A stretch of 64,000 nucleotides of DNA from Okamejei kenojei (GCA_035221665.1 CM069164.1:18352001-18416000); one strand, 5' to 3'; counted from the first letter of the stretch, positions 35,037 through 49,380 are shown. Translations and numbers: made by a program. Notes: a model not told the origin generated them from the letters alone.

Positions 35037-38000
35037 CTAGATTTTGGGGAGGGGGTTTTATTCAATAATTTCATTCAACATCAGTTTACTATTTCCACAT
35101 TTTTGGAAGTCCCATTGCATAGAAATACAACAATCTCACACATTTGGATCCCATTGTTATCCACTTGGTCAATAATCTCAGCCCATGGAACATCTGAGAT
35201 AGGCCCTTATTGCTCGATGAGGTTGCAATTAAACTCGCGACAATCAATGCTATTATTGCAAATGTCACGGCCGATCAAGCATTTTTCATAAAATGGATTA
35301 GAACTGCAAAACAGTTGTATTTATAAATGGGCATAGTCTGCAAGAACAGAGACAGAACTTATCTCAACCACCAGCAAGAGAAACTCCTAGGGTTCCAGAG
35401 GTCAACAGGCAGTGACTCGAGCAAGTGCCTGAAGCAATCCATTCCATTTAACCCCCACCTGGAATTTTGTGAAAAGACTGAGGGAACAAACTGATTTTGC
35501 ATATAATAAACCAGCTTAGATTTTATACACAGAAGGCAGATTCCCAATAAAACAGTTTATCCAAGGTAAAATCAACAATTTATAGTAGGGGGGAAAACCC
35601 CACTCAAATAAGGTCACAAACAATTTAAACAATTATCAATAAATATAGCAAATTTGGCAACTTGCTCTTCGATTCTGGTGACCATTCTGAATTCTGACCA
35701 TTCTGGTGACAAAAGCAGAAACTAACTGAATATTAACTTTGACCCGTTATTATCAGACAGGGAAGTGAGGAAGCTAAAGGACATGAATGCTTTATTTATT
35801 TTTTAGCCATTTAATTTTTGTGTTTTCATAATTATCTTTTCTTGTTTTTAATAATTTTCTAACATGATAATCGCACCACTTTGCTGCTGATCCATTTAAA
35901 TTACAACTCCAACATCTATATTTTAAAGTTTTACACATTCGAATGTTACCATGTGAAGGAAAAACTTTTAAAAATTTGGACAGCCTTTTATTGACAGGTT
36001 TATTTTAATTCTTTTGATTTGAAACTATCTTAACATTAACAGCGTGAAGAAATGAACCAGGTGAAAAGGAGTCAGGTGATGGAGGTGTGATATGAAATGA
36101 AGGTCTAGGTACAAATGCATTAATTTTAGCTTGTAATATTAAATTAAACTTGTAGCTGTTTTATTTCTGCTACGAGACAGACATCAAGAGGAAATAAAGC
36201 AACAAAAAAGATGCTGGAACAGGAACAGAGCCCAATCAATGACTAGGTTCAGTTCCACACTCGCCGTTCATTATCCTGGATAGTATTTTGCCTGGTTAAA
36301 TGGTCAGCTGCCAGCCACCTGCTATGGCTGGAATGGCCACAGATGGTCAGTTGTCCAGTTAGTAGTTAAGAATGTGCTGTTGTTCCCACATCACATGGGG
36401 ATTGGGGCCATTGACAGGGATACGTGCATCTCAGCTCATCACCAAGCAACAGTCAGGGGCCACAGCCAAACAGCGACCGAGGTCAGTCTTAATAATTCTG
36501 CAGTGACTTATGCCAACAGATCACTCAGACTAAGGATTTCAAATGTAATAACATTTGGGCATTCTTGTTCCTTTTTGTTACTAAAGGAAACAATTCTAAG
36601 TCTTGGCTACAGAGGATAAAGTCATAATAAATGCAGTTCTAACAATATATTCAAAATATATTGAAATAGACTTGGGGATTTAAATTTACTGTTAGCAATA
36701 AAACTGGAGTTGCTGAAATTCACAAACTAACAAACATTTTGAACCCGGAGTAATCCTAGCCTCCATAACTAAGTATACCCAGAGTGAATAAGTGGTCTGG
36801 TGGATATTTCTGATACACCAACTATGAGGCATGAATTTTGTATTTTTTCATATTTATCTTCCAAATGTTTGAAAAAAAGATTTTGGAAATTGGATCATTA
36901 TAATGATGCGAAAAGTTTTGTCACACACATGGATACTGGCTAGACTGCACGCAGAAAGCTGTGCCTAACTAGTGCAGAATCAAATTTTAGTTTGCACAAT
37001 TGATATGGCATAATCAGACAGAAGCCAGAAATAGGTATATACATGGCTCTGCACAAAGTAGGTTTCAGATCATTTCAGGAGGTCTGGAGGCAAAAATGCA
37101 GAACAACTGTGTTAAGGGATCGTGTTGACAGAGAAGGTTGTGTCAATAATTCACAACAGAAAGAAAAATCTCTCCAGGAAGGTCCAACGTAAACAATGCA
37201 AGGCAACACAAGAGGTCCCCTTTCTATGCAATATTTTTGTGATGCTAGATTTAAAGAGAAATGAACTTATTTTCACTTGTAATTTCTATGCTTAAAATAA
37301 TTTTTTTTAAAAAGGGCTCATTCACAATTTTAAACAGCGGTATATACAAAAGGAAAGAGACTCTTTGACTCCATGCCGGTTACTGAGGTGGCAAATTCTT
37401 GTACCACACAGAAGAATGAATAGATAATGTTCTGACTCAAATCCTGTTACTATTAATAGAATCAAAGGAAAGGATTTAGAAGTTCTGGGCAAATTCACTA
37501 AGTAAATTCCAAACTACCCATTCTGAAAAGTACATAAAGAAAATGTTGAATTTCTAGCCTTTACAATTGTACATTATACAACATTATGCACATGATTTAT
37601 TCAAACTGTGCTTGTGCTTTCAGAACAGACATGACGTTTATTTTGTTCCGACCCATTTGAAGAAAGCTAGCCATTTCAACCATTTTTTTTTCCCTTAAGA
37701 TTAGCGAAATAATTTAAGTTTCTCATTTCTGAATGTTGGCTAGGTTTCCCAGAACAAAACTATCAAGACTTTCTTCCTCAGAACCTTTGAGTACCCTGTG
37801 TCAAGCAACTTGTTTGGCGTTAATAAACTTTACTCTGCAGCTGATCCGCGGGGAAAATTAAATTACACCCTTCCCCCACCCTTGGGGACTCCCTGCACAA
37901 ATTAAGGAAAATATACTATAAACAGAGTAACAGGCTGTGGGGATGAGAACAAGATTTCAAACCTCCAGCAGAGTGTATAAAACAAAACTCAACATGCATA

Positions 38001-38152
38001 TTTCTGGAAAATAATTGCGTTAAGCCATTCCTTACCATTAGTAGCATATGAGGACTTTGAATTTGTGGAGACAAAGGCACTAACATATAAAGTGTCTACA
38101 CAGTAAGATGGCTACTCCTCAAGCCCATGCGCAATATCTGAACATTACGTAC

Positions 38153-38341
38153 CGAGCCCGCTGATGGTGTAGTGGGAATTCTGCATGCCAAGTGTGATCG
38201 GCCCAGTTTCCTGCTGGCTCTCCTCCCTGTAGAAGAGTCTGTAGCCCTGGATCTGCACGTCGTTTTCCTCCGCTTGTTTCCACTTTACTGTAATTGTCGT
38301 GCAGTTGAATGGCTCTAAACGCAACTCTGGGGCCAAGGGAA
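38153..38341 (-). CDS. PRTG: Protogenin exon 11 equivalent (FN3-3 N-part), 189 nt
   Basis: gcgcag|TT CCC TTG...CTC G|gtacgt; PLAPELRLEPFNCTTITVKWKQ...YTISGL. Confidence 0.95.
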
Positions 38342-41300
38342 CTGCGCAAATGGAATAACATGCGTATTATTTAAGCCCTTTCATTTTTATTTTCCTATTA
38401 GAATGTATTATTTCTAAAATACAACATTAAATATGATCCTTTATCTTTCTTCATGCTTTAATCTATACTTTGTTAATTCTCATGCCATCCTCCTCCAACC
38501 CCTCCTCTTTACTGCAACACCCTATGTAACTCTAATACAACAAATTTATTTATTCTGTTAAGATTTCAATATCTTGAGTTTCACAATGTATCACAATTTC
38601 CTTTCATTACAGAATGTTATGGGTAAATGCAAGTATCATTGTTAACATGTTATTTTGTTCATACAAAGTTTACTGTCAGATTAAAATAATAAGTTTACTG
38701 CATACTTTTTTCGGACTATTCTGGACTAAAAAAAGGCAACCCATACATTACTATTACCACCATAGTTTCTATAGTCCCCTGTGCTAATATTTGGGTTCAG
38801 CTGCAATAGAAGTTGATCTTAAAATAAATGTACTTCTTCAAAGAATTTAATTGTCACATTTTACATTCCAATAGCCAAAGTTATGTTCTCAATCTGCAAT
38901 TTAGGGGGTTTTAAAAATTGCCTAGTGTTTTAAAATCTCTACTTTGTGCCTTTTTCTGAACAAGTCATGGTTTTTGAGCTGAGAAAAGATCAAAATGGAG
39001 TTTTTTTTTAAAGTGCTGGAGTAAAAGGCAGAGGGATGACAGATAGGAGGCTACACAAAAGCAAGACAAAAAAACACGAGTGTAAGCAGAACTCAGGATG
39101 CACTTTTTCCAAGTCTCGCTTTTCTTCTTTTAAGGGAAGGAATGCCGTCCACCCTGCTGTTGACTGCCCTAATCTGATGAAAACAACAGGCCTGGAGCCC
39201 CACAGGGATGTGGCCTGCTCCATGCCTGACAGCTCCGAGATTGATGGTTTAAGATAGCAGGCACCAGAATGAAATACTGGTGCTTTGACTGTTTATTTGG
39301 CTGTATCAGCAAACGTAAACACACCCCATCTCTTCGTTTGTGACCAAACTGAATTATTCTTAGATGGATACCATTTACTAAAATCAAAAGTAAACAGTAA
39401 GATATTCTTCCCCTCATCTTCCCATTAAACACAGCCTCGTCTTTACTATCAGTGATAGTAGACTAATGCAAACCCTCATGATCCATTGATTTGGGGCCCA
39501 TCCTAATGTTACTGGCACAAGGGCAAAGGTCGCTAGGGGAACAGCAGCAACATCTTAACAAGATTATTCTGACAATCTCTTATGAACAACAGGCAGATCA
39601 CCAGATGCTCTACTTTGGGTTACAAAATCATAATGCAACAACATTTAGCATTTTGATTAAAAATAGGCATCGTAATAACCTAACCCAAACTGTCAGCCTA
39701 AATACTTCCTATAGATCAAGTTACTTCCATCCTCCTGCACCTCATAATACAACTCAAAACCTGTTCTCCACTGAAATCCTGAAGTCCATAGTTTCATCAG
39801 TGGTACCATTTTAAAATAAACATTGCTATCGAATCCAAGTTGTATCCTCTAATAAGCCTCACCTTATGACTTACAATATTATCCTGTAGCACTTTGCGCA
39901 CTCGTTACAAAAGGTAAAAAAATAAATTAAATAAAAAATATTTATGGCTCTCACGATTTAATTGCAATTCTCAATCCGAGTCATTTACAGGAAAAAACAC
40001 TTTAAAGTTCTATTATGTACCTTCATTAACAGATATGCCCGTAGACATAGTTTTTTTGATCAAGCTATTTCACTTTTAATGCTCTGACAATTGACTTAGA
40101 CATGCATTTACTGAGGTGCTCTGGCCGTTTTAACTGCCTGGTATTGATTCCATAATGAACGCTGCCTGACCCAGGGAGAATGATTTGGTGGCCAGCAGGC
40201 TTTTGCTAGGCACGTCACATCAGGAGCTCATGGCAAACACCTCCAGCAACAAGCTTCAGTTGCAATTTAGATCCAGAGACTAAAAGGAAATGTGCCTCAG
40301 CAGAACACCTTTTAAGGCCTGATTCACGTTTTACATATTGAATTCAAAATATTTTTGGATGCACCTGCTCACAACTTTACATTCTCTCCAAAATATTAAA
40401 GTCACCAAAATAAATCAAAAGTGAACAAGATTGTGACTTGGGGAATGGAAGCACCAGCAAGCCCTCCTATACTACCCCCACCCCACCCTAGCCCCTCAAC
40501 CCAGCCCCCAGTTTGAAGGACCCATCACGTTGCAAATTACCCTGTTATTGAATCTGTTTCATCTAGTTCAAAGTGCCCTTATTTCTCACTGAGATCTAGC
40601 AAGGATTACATTGCAGTTCCACAGCACACATTTGCATAGAGATAAGTTAAGTCAACAGAACTGAAATTCCTTTGTCCCGGGATCACAAAATGGCACTGAT
40701 GGATGGCGAAGAGAAGTGTGGTCCTAGCAGTGTCCCCAGTCTGATAAAGGGGAGGGGGATGCAATGAGAGTTTCCATAACAGTGGTGATGAATGAGGCAG
40801 AATGAAGCACTGCAATGTAAACATCACATGGTGATTTCTTTACTTTGTCTCAAAATTGGAAGTTTAACAAAGAAAGATATATCACCGATGCTTTTCCTTG
40901 TGGGTAGGGGCAGATTTTTGGTTTGGGAGATTATATAAAAATAATTCATCCTTCTCAAGTCTACAGGCTAGTTTCACTTGCATTTATTTCCCCAAACTAA
41001 TCTCAAATTAATTAAGAAGAATTGAATTAAGAATCTGCATTAAACAAAACTTAAATTCAGTGAAAGCATCAAGACAGTTCTGTAATAGTTCAGTGGATCA
41101 CAAGAAATTTACAAGTATTTCCAATTAAATTTATTGAAATGGCAACACTGTGAAAGAAACTCCCTCAGGAACATTCAATCCAAACTTAGGTGTTTGCACT
41201 AAATTCTGAAAGGCAGCTAGACATCATTCGCCAGAGGAATGTACAAACCCCCATATCAGCTTATTTACAAGAACCTTTTGGTTTCCACTCTTCTACCCCA

Positions 41301-42788
41301 AAGACAATGATCTGTTGGGGTAGAAGAGGCAGGGAGAAATAAGGAAGCCATACCCAAGCAGTCACTGTTCAACTGAGATGGCAATTGTTTCTAAAACACA
41401 CAAGGATCTCATAGCCAAGCTCAAAATATTTTATTCCAGATACATGCAACACATATGCACTAAATCCGGGTGTTACCAATGGCCAGAATTAAGGAGGAAT
41501 CCTGACCTTTTCTCATCTTGATCCAAAAGGGACCAATGCAAATGAAATGCCTTGTGAATGGAATCTGCACTTTTCTGTTGAGTATCCTTCAAAACCATGT
41601 TATCTTTATTGACCGACCCAACAGAGAAAGTCTTCATGTACTGATCAAAACTAAATGGATTCTGGAATAAGGTAGATTATCAAGGCTCCTACAATGCTAT
41701 CAGCAGTCAAGATAAGATTTATTCGTGTTGATCATATGTACAATTCAAACTTGTGTTTGGCACAGTCACGATTGGAAGATAGATAAGTGAACTCAGATTG
41801 CTAAGGAGCCAGGCAATTATAAAAGACTAAATTGCACTTCCAAATGGAAAACAGATTCATTGGTTGGCAAAGGATTTGCGACTCATTATTCCTCTGTAGA
41901 CACTGGGCCCTGATGATGGCCAATACTGGAGAACACGCTGTCATACTGCGAGAGGATTGGGGGGGGACGTAGTGAGATGGCGGAGGCTGAAAAAAAGACT
42001 TTATCTGGGTTCTGGATTAAGATCAGAACTGAGTATCTAGAACTTGTTGAATTTAAGCCTTCCTGTTTTTCTTTTTAAATAAATGGTACGACAGTATCTG
42101 TAATATAATTTGGGAATAAATGGTGTGTGAAAAGTAAGTTCTCTTCCCCAACTCTACCAAAGAGAAAGACCTTGCATTTTTTAAAGGAAACGGCCATGCT
42201 CTCCCCATACCAAAGGTATCTACTAAAATGTTACATTTCAGCATAAGTATTTATTATCTGAACTACATAGGGAGAGCCTTAGAATATTCAAGTTAGTTTT
42301 ACCCCACCATGCAGACTTTCAATTGAGATATTAATAAAACCCACAGTAAAAAAACAAAGTAAAAAGTGGCTGGGAGCAAGATCCATGCCTGCTTAGGAAA
42401 GTATTGAATGCACACCAAATCAAAAAAGGTAGAAAAACACTGAATTATTGCTGATCTGTTATAATTATTATATTCAGAGACATGTACTGGTAAATAGTGC
42501 ACATTCTTTTTTCAGAAAAATGTAACTAATTGGAATTCCAAGTCGAATTATCTCTTACACGACTGGATGTGATCACGAATATTATAAATTTGCAGTGTTC
42601 AATCTTTCAAACCATACACAGCATTGCAGATTGCCAGAATATCCTGTCATTATAGATATGGATTTTAAAAATCCAGTATTCTAAGTTCAGTACCTGATGA
42701 TAAAACCTGTGTTACAGATTGTTAATAAAATGCTAACCCGTTGGGATGCCTGATATTTCTCTTCTCTTTCTCTAACACAATGGATTAC

Positions 42789-43094
42789 CTTTGACACTGG
42801 TAGCTTTTGGGGTTCTGTGGGATGTCCAGATTGAAGATTCTCCCCAGCCGACCTTGGTTGCTGCAGAGATTCGTACAAGGTAAGTGCTGTCAGGTTCGAC
42901 GTCTTCAAGCAGGTGGTCCGATATGGCTCCTGGGAGCTCCACCAAGTGGACAGCGCGCTCTGTGCTTTTACGATAGTGAATGCGATAGGCAATAATACGA
43001 CCTCTCCTGAACTTGGCTGGAATGGGAAGCCACGAGATCAGGATGTCGGTTGGGCTACGACTGGTCAAACTGATTTCTGGCACTCTTAGAGGGA
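42789..43094 (-). CDS. PRTG: Protogenin exon 10 equivalent (FN3-2), 306 nt
   Basis: atgcag|TC CCT CTA...AAA G|gtaatc; [31 protein letters not shown]...[13 protein letters not shown]. Confidence 0.96.
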
Positions 43095-44172
43095 CTGCAT
43101 CGGAAAGAATCAGGAAAGTAAATGATATTTAGAAGATGTCCATGTAAAAGTGATTATATTATTTAGCAACATTACATTTGGGTGGCAAGAGAATCAAATT
43201 ACTTCAGCTGCAATCATTGTGAATGAAACCTATCGCTGCCAAACTCACTAAAGGTAAGCTGTAGTAATACATACATGTTTAATCCTCTTTCAAAAGTCAG
43301 TGGAATCAAATTTTAGAAGCAGCATTCAACTATTATACTCCATAGTACCATGTGCATAGCATGCAAGAGGATTAATCTGTACTACTGGACTGAGTAAACA
43401 TAATTTAACACAGCATTTTAAAATAAGTTCTTAACCTGATCATTCAAGTGAATGCCGAGATGTGTTTCTCCATGCATGCTTGTTTTATCATGTAGACAGT
43501 ATTTACTCTGTTCGATTTCAAGTATCATCATATTCAATGCAACATAACTTGTGAAAAAACAACACCAGCTACAGTTGATAGACTAATAGAAGGATTAAGC
43601 TACGATTAGGTTTAACCTTATTCGTTCATTGTGCCACTCTTGTATATATTAACAACTTGTTTCAGAAATTCTAATACTATTTTCTCTGGTAGAATGAGAG
43701 TTTGAAGATGGAAGGTGCATGCATTTTTTTAAAATGAATTACTGCAAAATAAAAATGATCTGCACAACTCCCATATATCACAGGTGGGAGTGGATAAATT
43801 AAGCTCCAATTAAAATAAGACTAGGTATTGGTAAAAAAACTTCAAGCATCTCATCCAATTTTAGGATCAGATGGTTCCCGATTTTATTTGAAATAAACTA
43901 CACCTGTGACTCACTGCCAGAATAAATCATTGTTGTAATGCCCAGATGTTACATAACCAAGAACTTTCCACACTTTTAGTTGGAAGAAATTGATAGATTT
44001 GGTTTGACAAAGGGATGGTAAATCTGTGGAATTCAGTGTCACAGAAGGCTGTGTAGACAAACTCAATTCATATTTTAAAGGCAGCGATAGATAGATTCTT
44101 GACTAGTACAGGCAATAGGGGTTATGGGGAGAAAGCAGGAGATTGGGGTTAAGATTGAATAGCTTTTTATAC

Positions 44173-44337
44173 CATCTTCCAAGGTGTGCTGAGTCACATG
44201 TTCTGACATTCGACTGGCTCCCATGGGCATGTAGGCAACAATATAGAATGTGTAGTTGCTGGCTGGTTCTAAATCATCAATAATGTAACGAGTTGTATCA
44301 TTCCCAATAACCACTTGATATTCCTCATTATTTAAAC
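44173..44337 (-). CDS. PRTG: Protogenin exon 9 equivalent (FN3-1 C-half), 165 nt
   Basis: ctccag|GT TTA AAT...GAT G|gtataa; [54 protein letters not shown]. Confidence 0.96.
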
Positions 44338-45379
44338 CTGGAGAAAGAAAATACTCTTGTTAATTTGTGAACCAACAATAAGCAACCTCAGCAACACATT
44401 TACGGCTGCAGTTCTTCTGCAGAAGGCACGCAAACAAAAAAAAGACACAAATCTGTCTAAATATCTCTTAAAATTTGTTATATTTCCCTGTCTTTTCATT
44501 TAATTTCACAGCAAACAATACTTTTCCCTATTGCCACAATAATAATGCAATTCTTATTAGAAGTCGATCTTCCAGTCATCAGCTTCATCATTCATTTGCT
44601 TCTTAAAGCAAGGCAGAGCATTTTAATACAGCCAAAAGCAAAATTATTCCCAATTACATTTTCCCACATTGATGAATAAGCTTGAAAGCCGCTTAATTTG
44701 CAAAACCCAGGAGCCCCATACACAAGTAGTAATTACTGGCTAATAATGAATTTCAGAAGTCCTGATTTCTGACCTATGGAACAAAATCCTTGAAGGAAAA
44801 TTAAAGAGTCTTGTTACCCTTCTGAATGCTTCAACAGAACTCATGCTGGGGCTTAACGAAATAACTATAATGGAACACAAAGCAACCATTCGACTGCTAG
44901 CTGCACTCTGTAGCCAACACTTTAATGCCTTCAGAAAACTGGTGGTGCTGCCTGAACACACTTCACCACACACTTTAATTATACCTTCCTGCATTTCTAT
45001 ACTCTCTGTTCTATGAACTCATAATAAACACCTTTCCCTTGAGAAGGTAAACCTTCCACCCAATTTTAATCATCTCAACAGATCACATTGTTTGTGCAGA
45101 AAAGGCTGCTATTCCCATTTGATTAGAGGGGCTATTCTCTTGTAGTGACCTCTGCCCAGCAACAGAATATTAACAACAGATGGTCATCTTCTCACATTCC
45201 AATGAGACACCAGGAAGGGAGAATGTCCAAGCACAAACAACCAACAAAATGATGATACTTGTAGATTAACTTTAAAACAACCTACTTGGAATATGTACAA
45301 ACTGATGCTTCTCCTCAAGTTCTGGTTTAGATGTACCTTGTCGGTTTACAGCGTTAAATATTCACAGACATACAAAGAT

Positions 45380-45500
45380 AGAGACATACACAAACACACA
45401 AACCGAGAGAGGGAAGCACACTCACTCGCACAGACCGAGAGAGAGAGAGAGAGAGAGGCACACACACAGAGGCAAAGGGACAGACAGAGAGAGCAGCACA
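45380..45500 (+). repeat. Compound (GA)n/(CA)n microsatellite
   Basis: GAGAGAGAGAGAGAGAGAGGCACACACACAGAGG. Confidence 0.9.
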
Positions 45501-45565
45501 GAAGGAGATAATTTTATTTAAATGCTTCGAACTCTGTGTTGGCTGAAGGAGAGAAACTAGCTTAA

Positions 45566-45864
45566 AGAGCCTGTCCCACTGTACGAGGTAATTCAAGAGT
45601 TTCCCCCCCATTCGAACTCGGATAATTACGGTAATAGCCGCTTGTAGGTACTCGGGGCTCTCGTGGACATTTTTCAACATGTTGAAAAAACTTCACGAGC
45701 TTACCGCATTTCCCGAGTACCTGCCGTTAGCGTTACGAGCCGCTAAGAGACGTCCCGAGCTCCGATGTACCCGCTATGTACATTCTACGTACTCACCACG
45801 AGTTTGATTTTTTTTTTTAACTCAGGAGAGCTCTTGGGTAAACTCGTATAGTGGGACAGGCCCT
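45566..45864. mobile_element. PIF/Harbinger-like MITE, 299 bp
   Basis: TIR AGAGCCTGTCCCACTGTACGAG / CTCGTATAGTGGGACAGGCCCT; TAA TSD on both sides. Confidence 0.88.
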
Positions 45865-45909
45865 TAAGCAACATCGGCTCCGAGTGCCAGAACGATATTC
45901 AAGGCTCAC

Positions 45910-46157
45910 CTTCAGCTTTCATGTAATGGACAGAGTATGCAATTACTTTATCGGAATTGTACATGGGCCTTTGCCAAGACAAAAGAATCCCTGAACTCGA
46001 CACAGTTTCAGCCTGGATGTTTCGAGGTGCACTTGGTCTGTCTTCAGACATTATAACAATCAACCTGGCCACTGAAAGAACTGATCCTTGTTCATTTTCA
46101 GCCACACACTGGTAAATGGCATCATCTTCAGGAATTATCTGGTTTATCACCAATTTG
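45910..46157 (-). CDS. PRTG: Protogenin exon 8 equivalent (Ig4 C-half and start of FN3-1), 248 nt
   Basis: ttcaag|C AAA TTG...GAA G|gtgagc; [24 protein letters not shown]...SVHYMKAE. Confidence 0.95.
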
Positions 46158-47789
46158 CTTGAAATAAAAAGAATAATTTGTTTTATTAACCAAATTATCA
46201 ACGATAACAAAACTGACAATATTTATTGTAAATAACTAAGTTCAGTTCTTCACCAATTTATATTTGAAAGTTTTAAAAAGAGATCATACCTCGGATATTA
46301 ATATTTGGAATTGTACAGAAGAAAATTATAACAATGTGACTGATTTACTACCCACACAAGTCTACTAACCACATGAACTTAATTTGTACAAAAATATTTA
46401 ATTTCAGTCTGAAAATGGTTCAATTCAGTTCAAGCAAGCTGCTTTCAATGAAGACCCTCTCAAATGTGGCCCTTTAGTGCAGCTCTTCACAAAGTCAACT
46501 TGGAACTCCTTGGCGGGATGACACCAGCCTTCATCCTGTAAACAACAACCCACAGGGATAATACTCTACTTTTAGTTTATGGCAACGGTCCATAAGTTGC
46601 AAAGCGAGCTGGTTCATGCAACTTTATTGGTTATCTGCACTGTACAGATAAGTGGCTCCATCTGAGGTTTCTCAGCCTATCATTGATTACATTCATTGTG
46701 CTGGTCAGGCTTGCATCAGCAAGTCTAGCCTACAAAGCCATAAACAAGCTCTTTTAATATGGCAATATATCATAATTAAGGCCAGAAACTCATGCACACA
46801 AATTGGTTATTACTCGGAGAATGGTTATATTTTAACCACATTGGAATGCAAAACTTCTTAACATCCATGTTCATCTGGGTTGTCAAAGATGTTTATGATT
46901 TACCATCTCAACACGTTTACCATAAAAATCTGTCAACACGAGCTGTACCACAACACCTACAAGAAGGTTGCCTGATTCGTGTCATTTCTTATCAGCGATG
47001 GCTTGTCTGTGCAAAATTACCTCTTTAAGATAACTGACATATTTTAACAGAGAACTCCAACAATACAGGCAACCGTGTTCCCATTAAAAATAGCTGACTG
47101 ACCCAAGTTTCCTAAACTGGACGAGAAAGTTCAGAATCAGGAGTTGGGAAGCAGTGCTCTGCGTGTACTTTGTCCACTCCCAGTTCTGCAACAGTCATCC
47201 TTGCTCCAAGCCTGATCCCATTCACATCCACCATCAACAGTCAAATGCAGGAAGTGTAGACTATTCTTCTTTTTGATCCCAGAACATAATTTCAACCACA
47301 CCACCCCAGCAGACAGGAGTGAATGTTCCTGGAACCCACTGAGGCTTTGGCTCTCCTAACATGTGGCATGTTTAGCAAGCAAAATATCCATGACTTTAAC
47401 TGAAGTTTGACACTCTGGGCACAACTATAATTTGATTCCTTCAGCTTTCTTTAGTTTTCACAAAGCCAAGGATGCATTTGGCATCATTTAGTTGTGACGT
47501 ACTGAAAAGAATACTGCATTATAAAGGAGCACCTGGTCACTGCAAACCATGCTGAACAATTCCTGCTGACAATCAACAATCGTGCACAAATTAACAGAGC
47601 TTTATGTTCCTTAATATCAACGTTGCTACCATCCAGAGCCTGTGAGGATCGGACTTTGAGTTTCCGATTCATATTTCAATTAAACATATGGGTTTGTATT
47701 GGATGGGACCCATACCGTTCTGGTCAAGCTCATTCACATCCTCACTTCATCCACACGAGATTTTACCACCAAGGGAGGAATACATTTTA

Positions 47790-49380
47790 GATCAAGTATA
47801 TATATCTCCCAGGCCTGATCAGATAAATCTGAGGACACTGTGGGAAGCCGGAGAAGAAATTGCATGAGCCCTGGCTGAGGTATATGAATCATCATTAGAC
47901 ATGCGTGAAGTACCGGTAGACTGAAGTATGGCTAATTTTGTGCCTCAGAAGGGCTGTAAGGAAATGCTTTGGAACTATAGTCCAGAGAGCCTAACATCTG
48001 TGGTAGGCAAGATACTGGAAAGGATTTCAAGGTATAAGATATATATGCACTTGGATAGATAGGGGCTGATTAGCAATAGTCAGCATAGTTTTGTACACAC
48101 GAGACCATGTCATACAAATCTGATTTAGTTTTTTGAAGAAGTAACCAAAAAGGTTTACAAGGGCAAAGTGATAGACATCATCTACATGGACTTCAGCAAG
48201 ACATTTGATAAAGTTCTGCATAGAAGTCTTCCCTAGAAGGTTAGATAACACAAAATCCTGGGAGAGCTAGCCGACTAGATAGAGAATTGGCTTCATGGAA
48301 GAAAGCTGAGGGTGAAGGTAGAAGGTTGTTTTCAGACTGGAGGCCCTAGACTAGGTGGGCTTCAGGGATTGGTGCTGGGGCCATTGGCGTTTATGGCTCA
48401 CGTTAACGATTTAGATGAGGATGCACATGCATGATTAGTAAGTTTGCAGATGACACTAAAGTGGGTGGTATCGTAGATAGCGAAGATGGTTATCAAAAAT
48501 TACAACAGGATCTTGATCAGCTGGGTTGAGGAATGGTTAATGGAGTTTAATGTAGATAAGTGCGAGGTGATACATTTTGGGAAGTCAAACCAAGGCAGGA
48601 CCCTGAGGAGTATTGCAGAGCAGTAGGATCTTGGAGTGCAGATACATAGTTCCCTGAAATAGGCATTACAGGTAGATAGGATAGTTAAAAAAGCTTTTGG
48701 TAGTATGTCCTTCTCCTTCTTCAGTCACGGTATTGAATATTGTTATGATATAGTTATACAAGATGTTGGTGAGGCAGCATTTGGAGCACTATGTTCTGTT
48801 TTGGTCACCCTACTAGAGAACGATGTCATTAATCTGGAAAAAGCACAGAAAATATTTACGAGGATGTTGCCAGGACTCAAGGGTCTGAACTATAGGTCAC
48901 CCTACTAGAGAACGATGTCATTAATCTGGAAAAAGCACAGAAAATATTTACGAGGATGTTGCCAGGACTCGAGGGTCTGAACTATAGGGAGAGGTTGGGC
49001 AGGCTTGGACATTATATCATTGTAGCGCAGGAAGTTGAGAGGTGATCGTATATAGAGGTGTATAAAATCATGGGTGAATGCTCAGATTTTTTAGACAGAG
49101 TAGCAGAATCAAGAACCCGAGGACAGGTTTAAACAGAGAGGAGAAAGTTTTAATGGGAACCTGAGGGGCAACTTTTTCCCACTCAGAGGGTGGAAGGCAT
49201 TTGGAATGAGCTAAGGAGGTAGTTGAGGCCGGTATAACAACATTTAAGACATTTGAGCAGGGATATGGATCCAAAAGGTTTAGCGGGATAAGGGCCAAAC
49301 ATGGGCAGATGGGACTTGCGTAGATGGGGAATTTTGGCGTGGACAAATTGGGCCTAAGGGCATGTTTCTGTGCTAGATGA
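47790..49380 (+). mobile_element. Older degraded CR1-clade LINE 3' part
   Basis: Interrupted RT-like text (ATGGACTTCAGCAAGACATTTGATAAAG, AAGTTTGCAGATGACACTAAA = KFADDTK) and a CR1-type 3' UTR; many stops and frameshifts. Confidence 0.9.
48803..48988 (+). repeat. 92-bp tandem duplication
   Basis: Units start at 48803 and 48895 (GGTCACCCTACTAGAGAACG...GAACTATA); one mismatch. Confidence 0.95.

Noticed and set aside
46155-46162. AAG acceptor of exon 8 as a non-canonical or U12 intron
   Set aside because: Still GT-AG with a polypyrimidine tract; the upstream donor GTTGGC is not the U12 consensus RTATCCTT.
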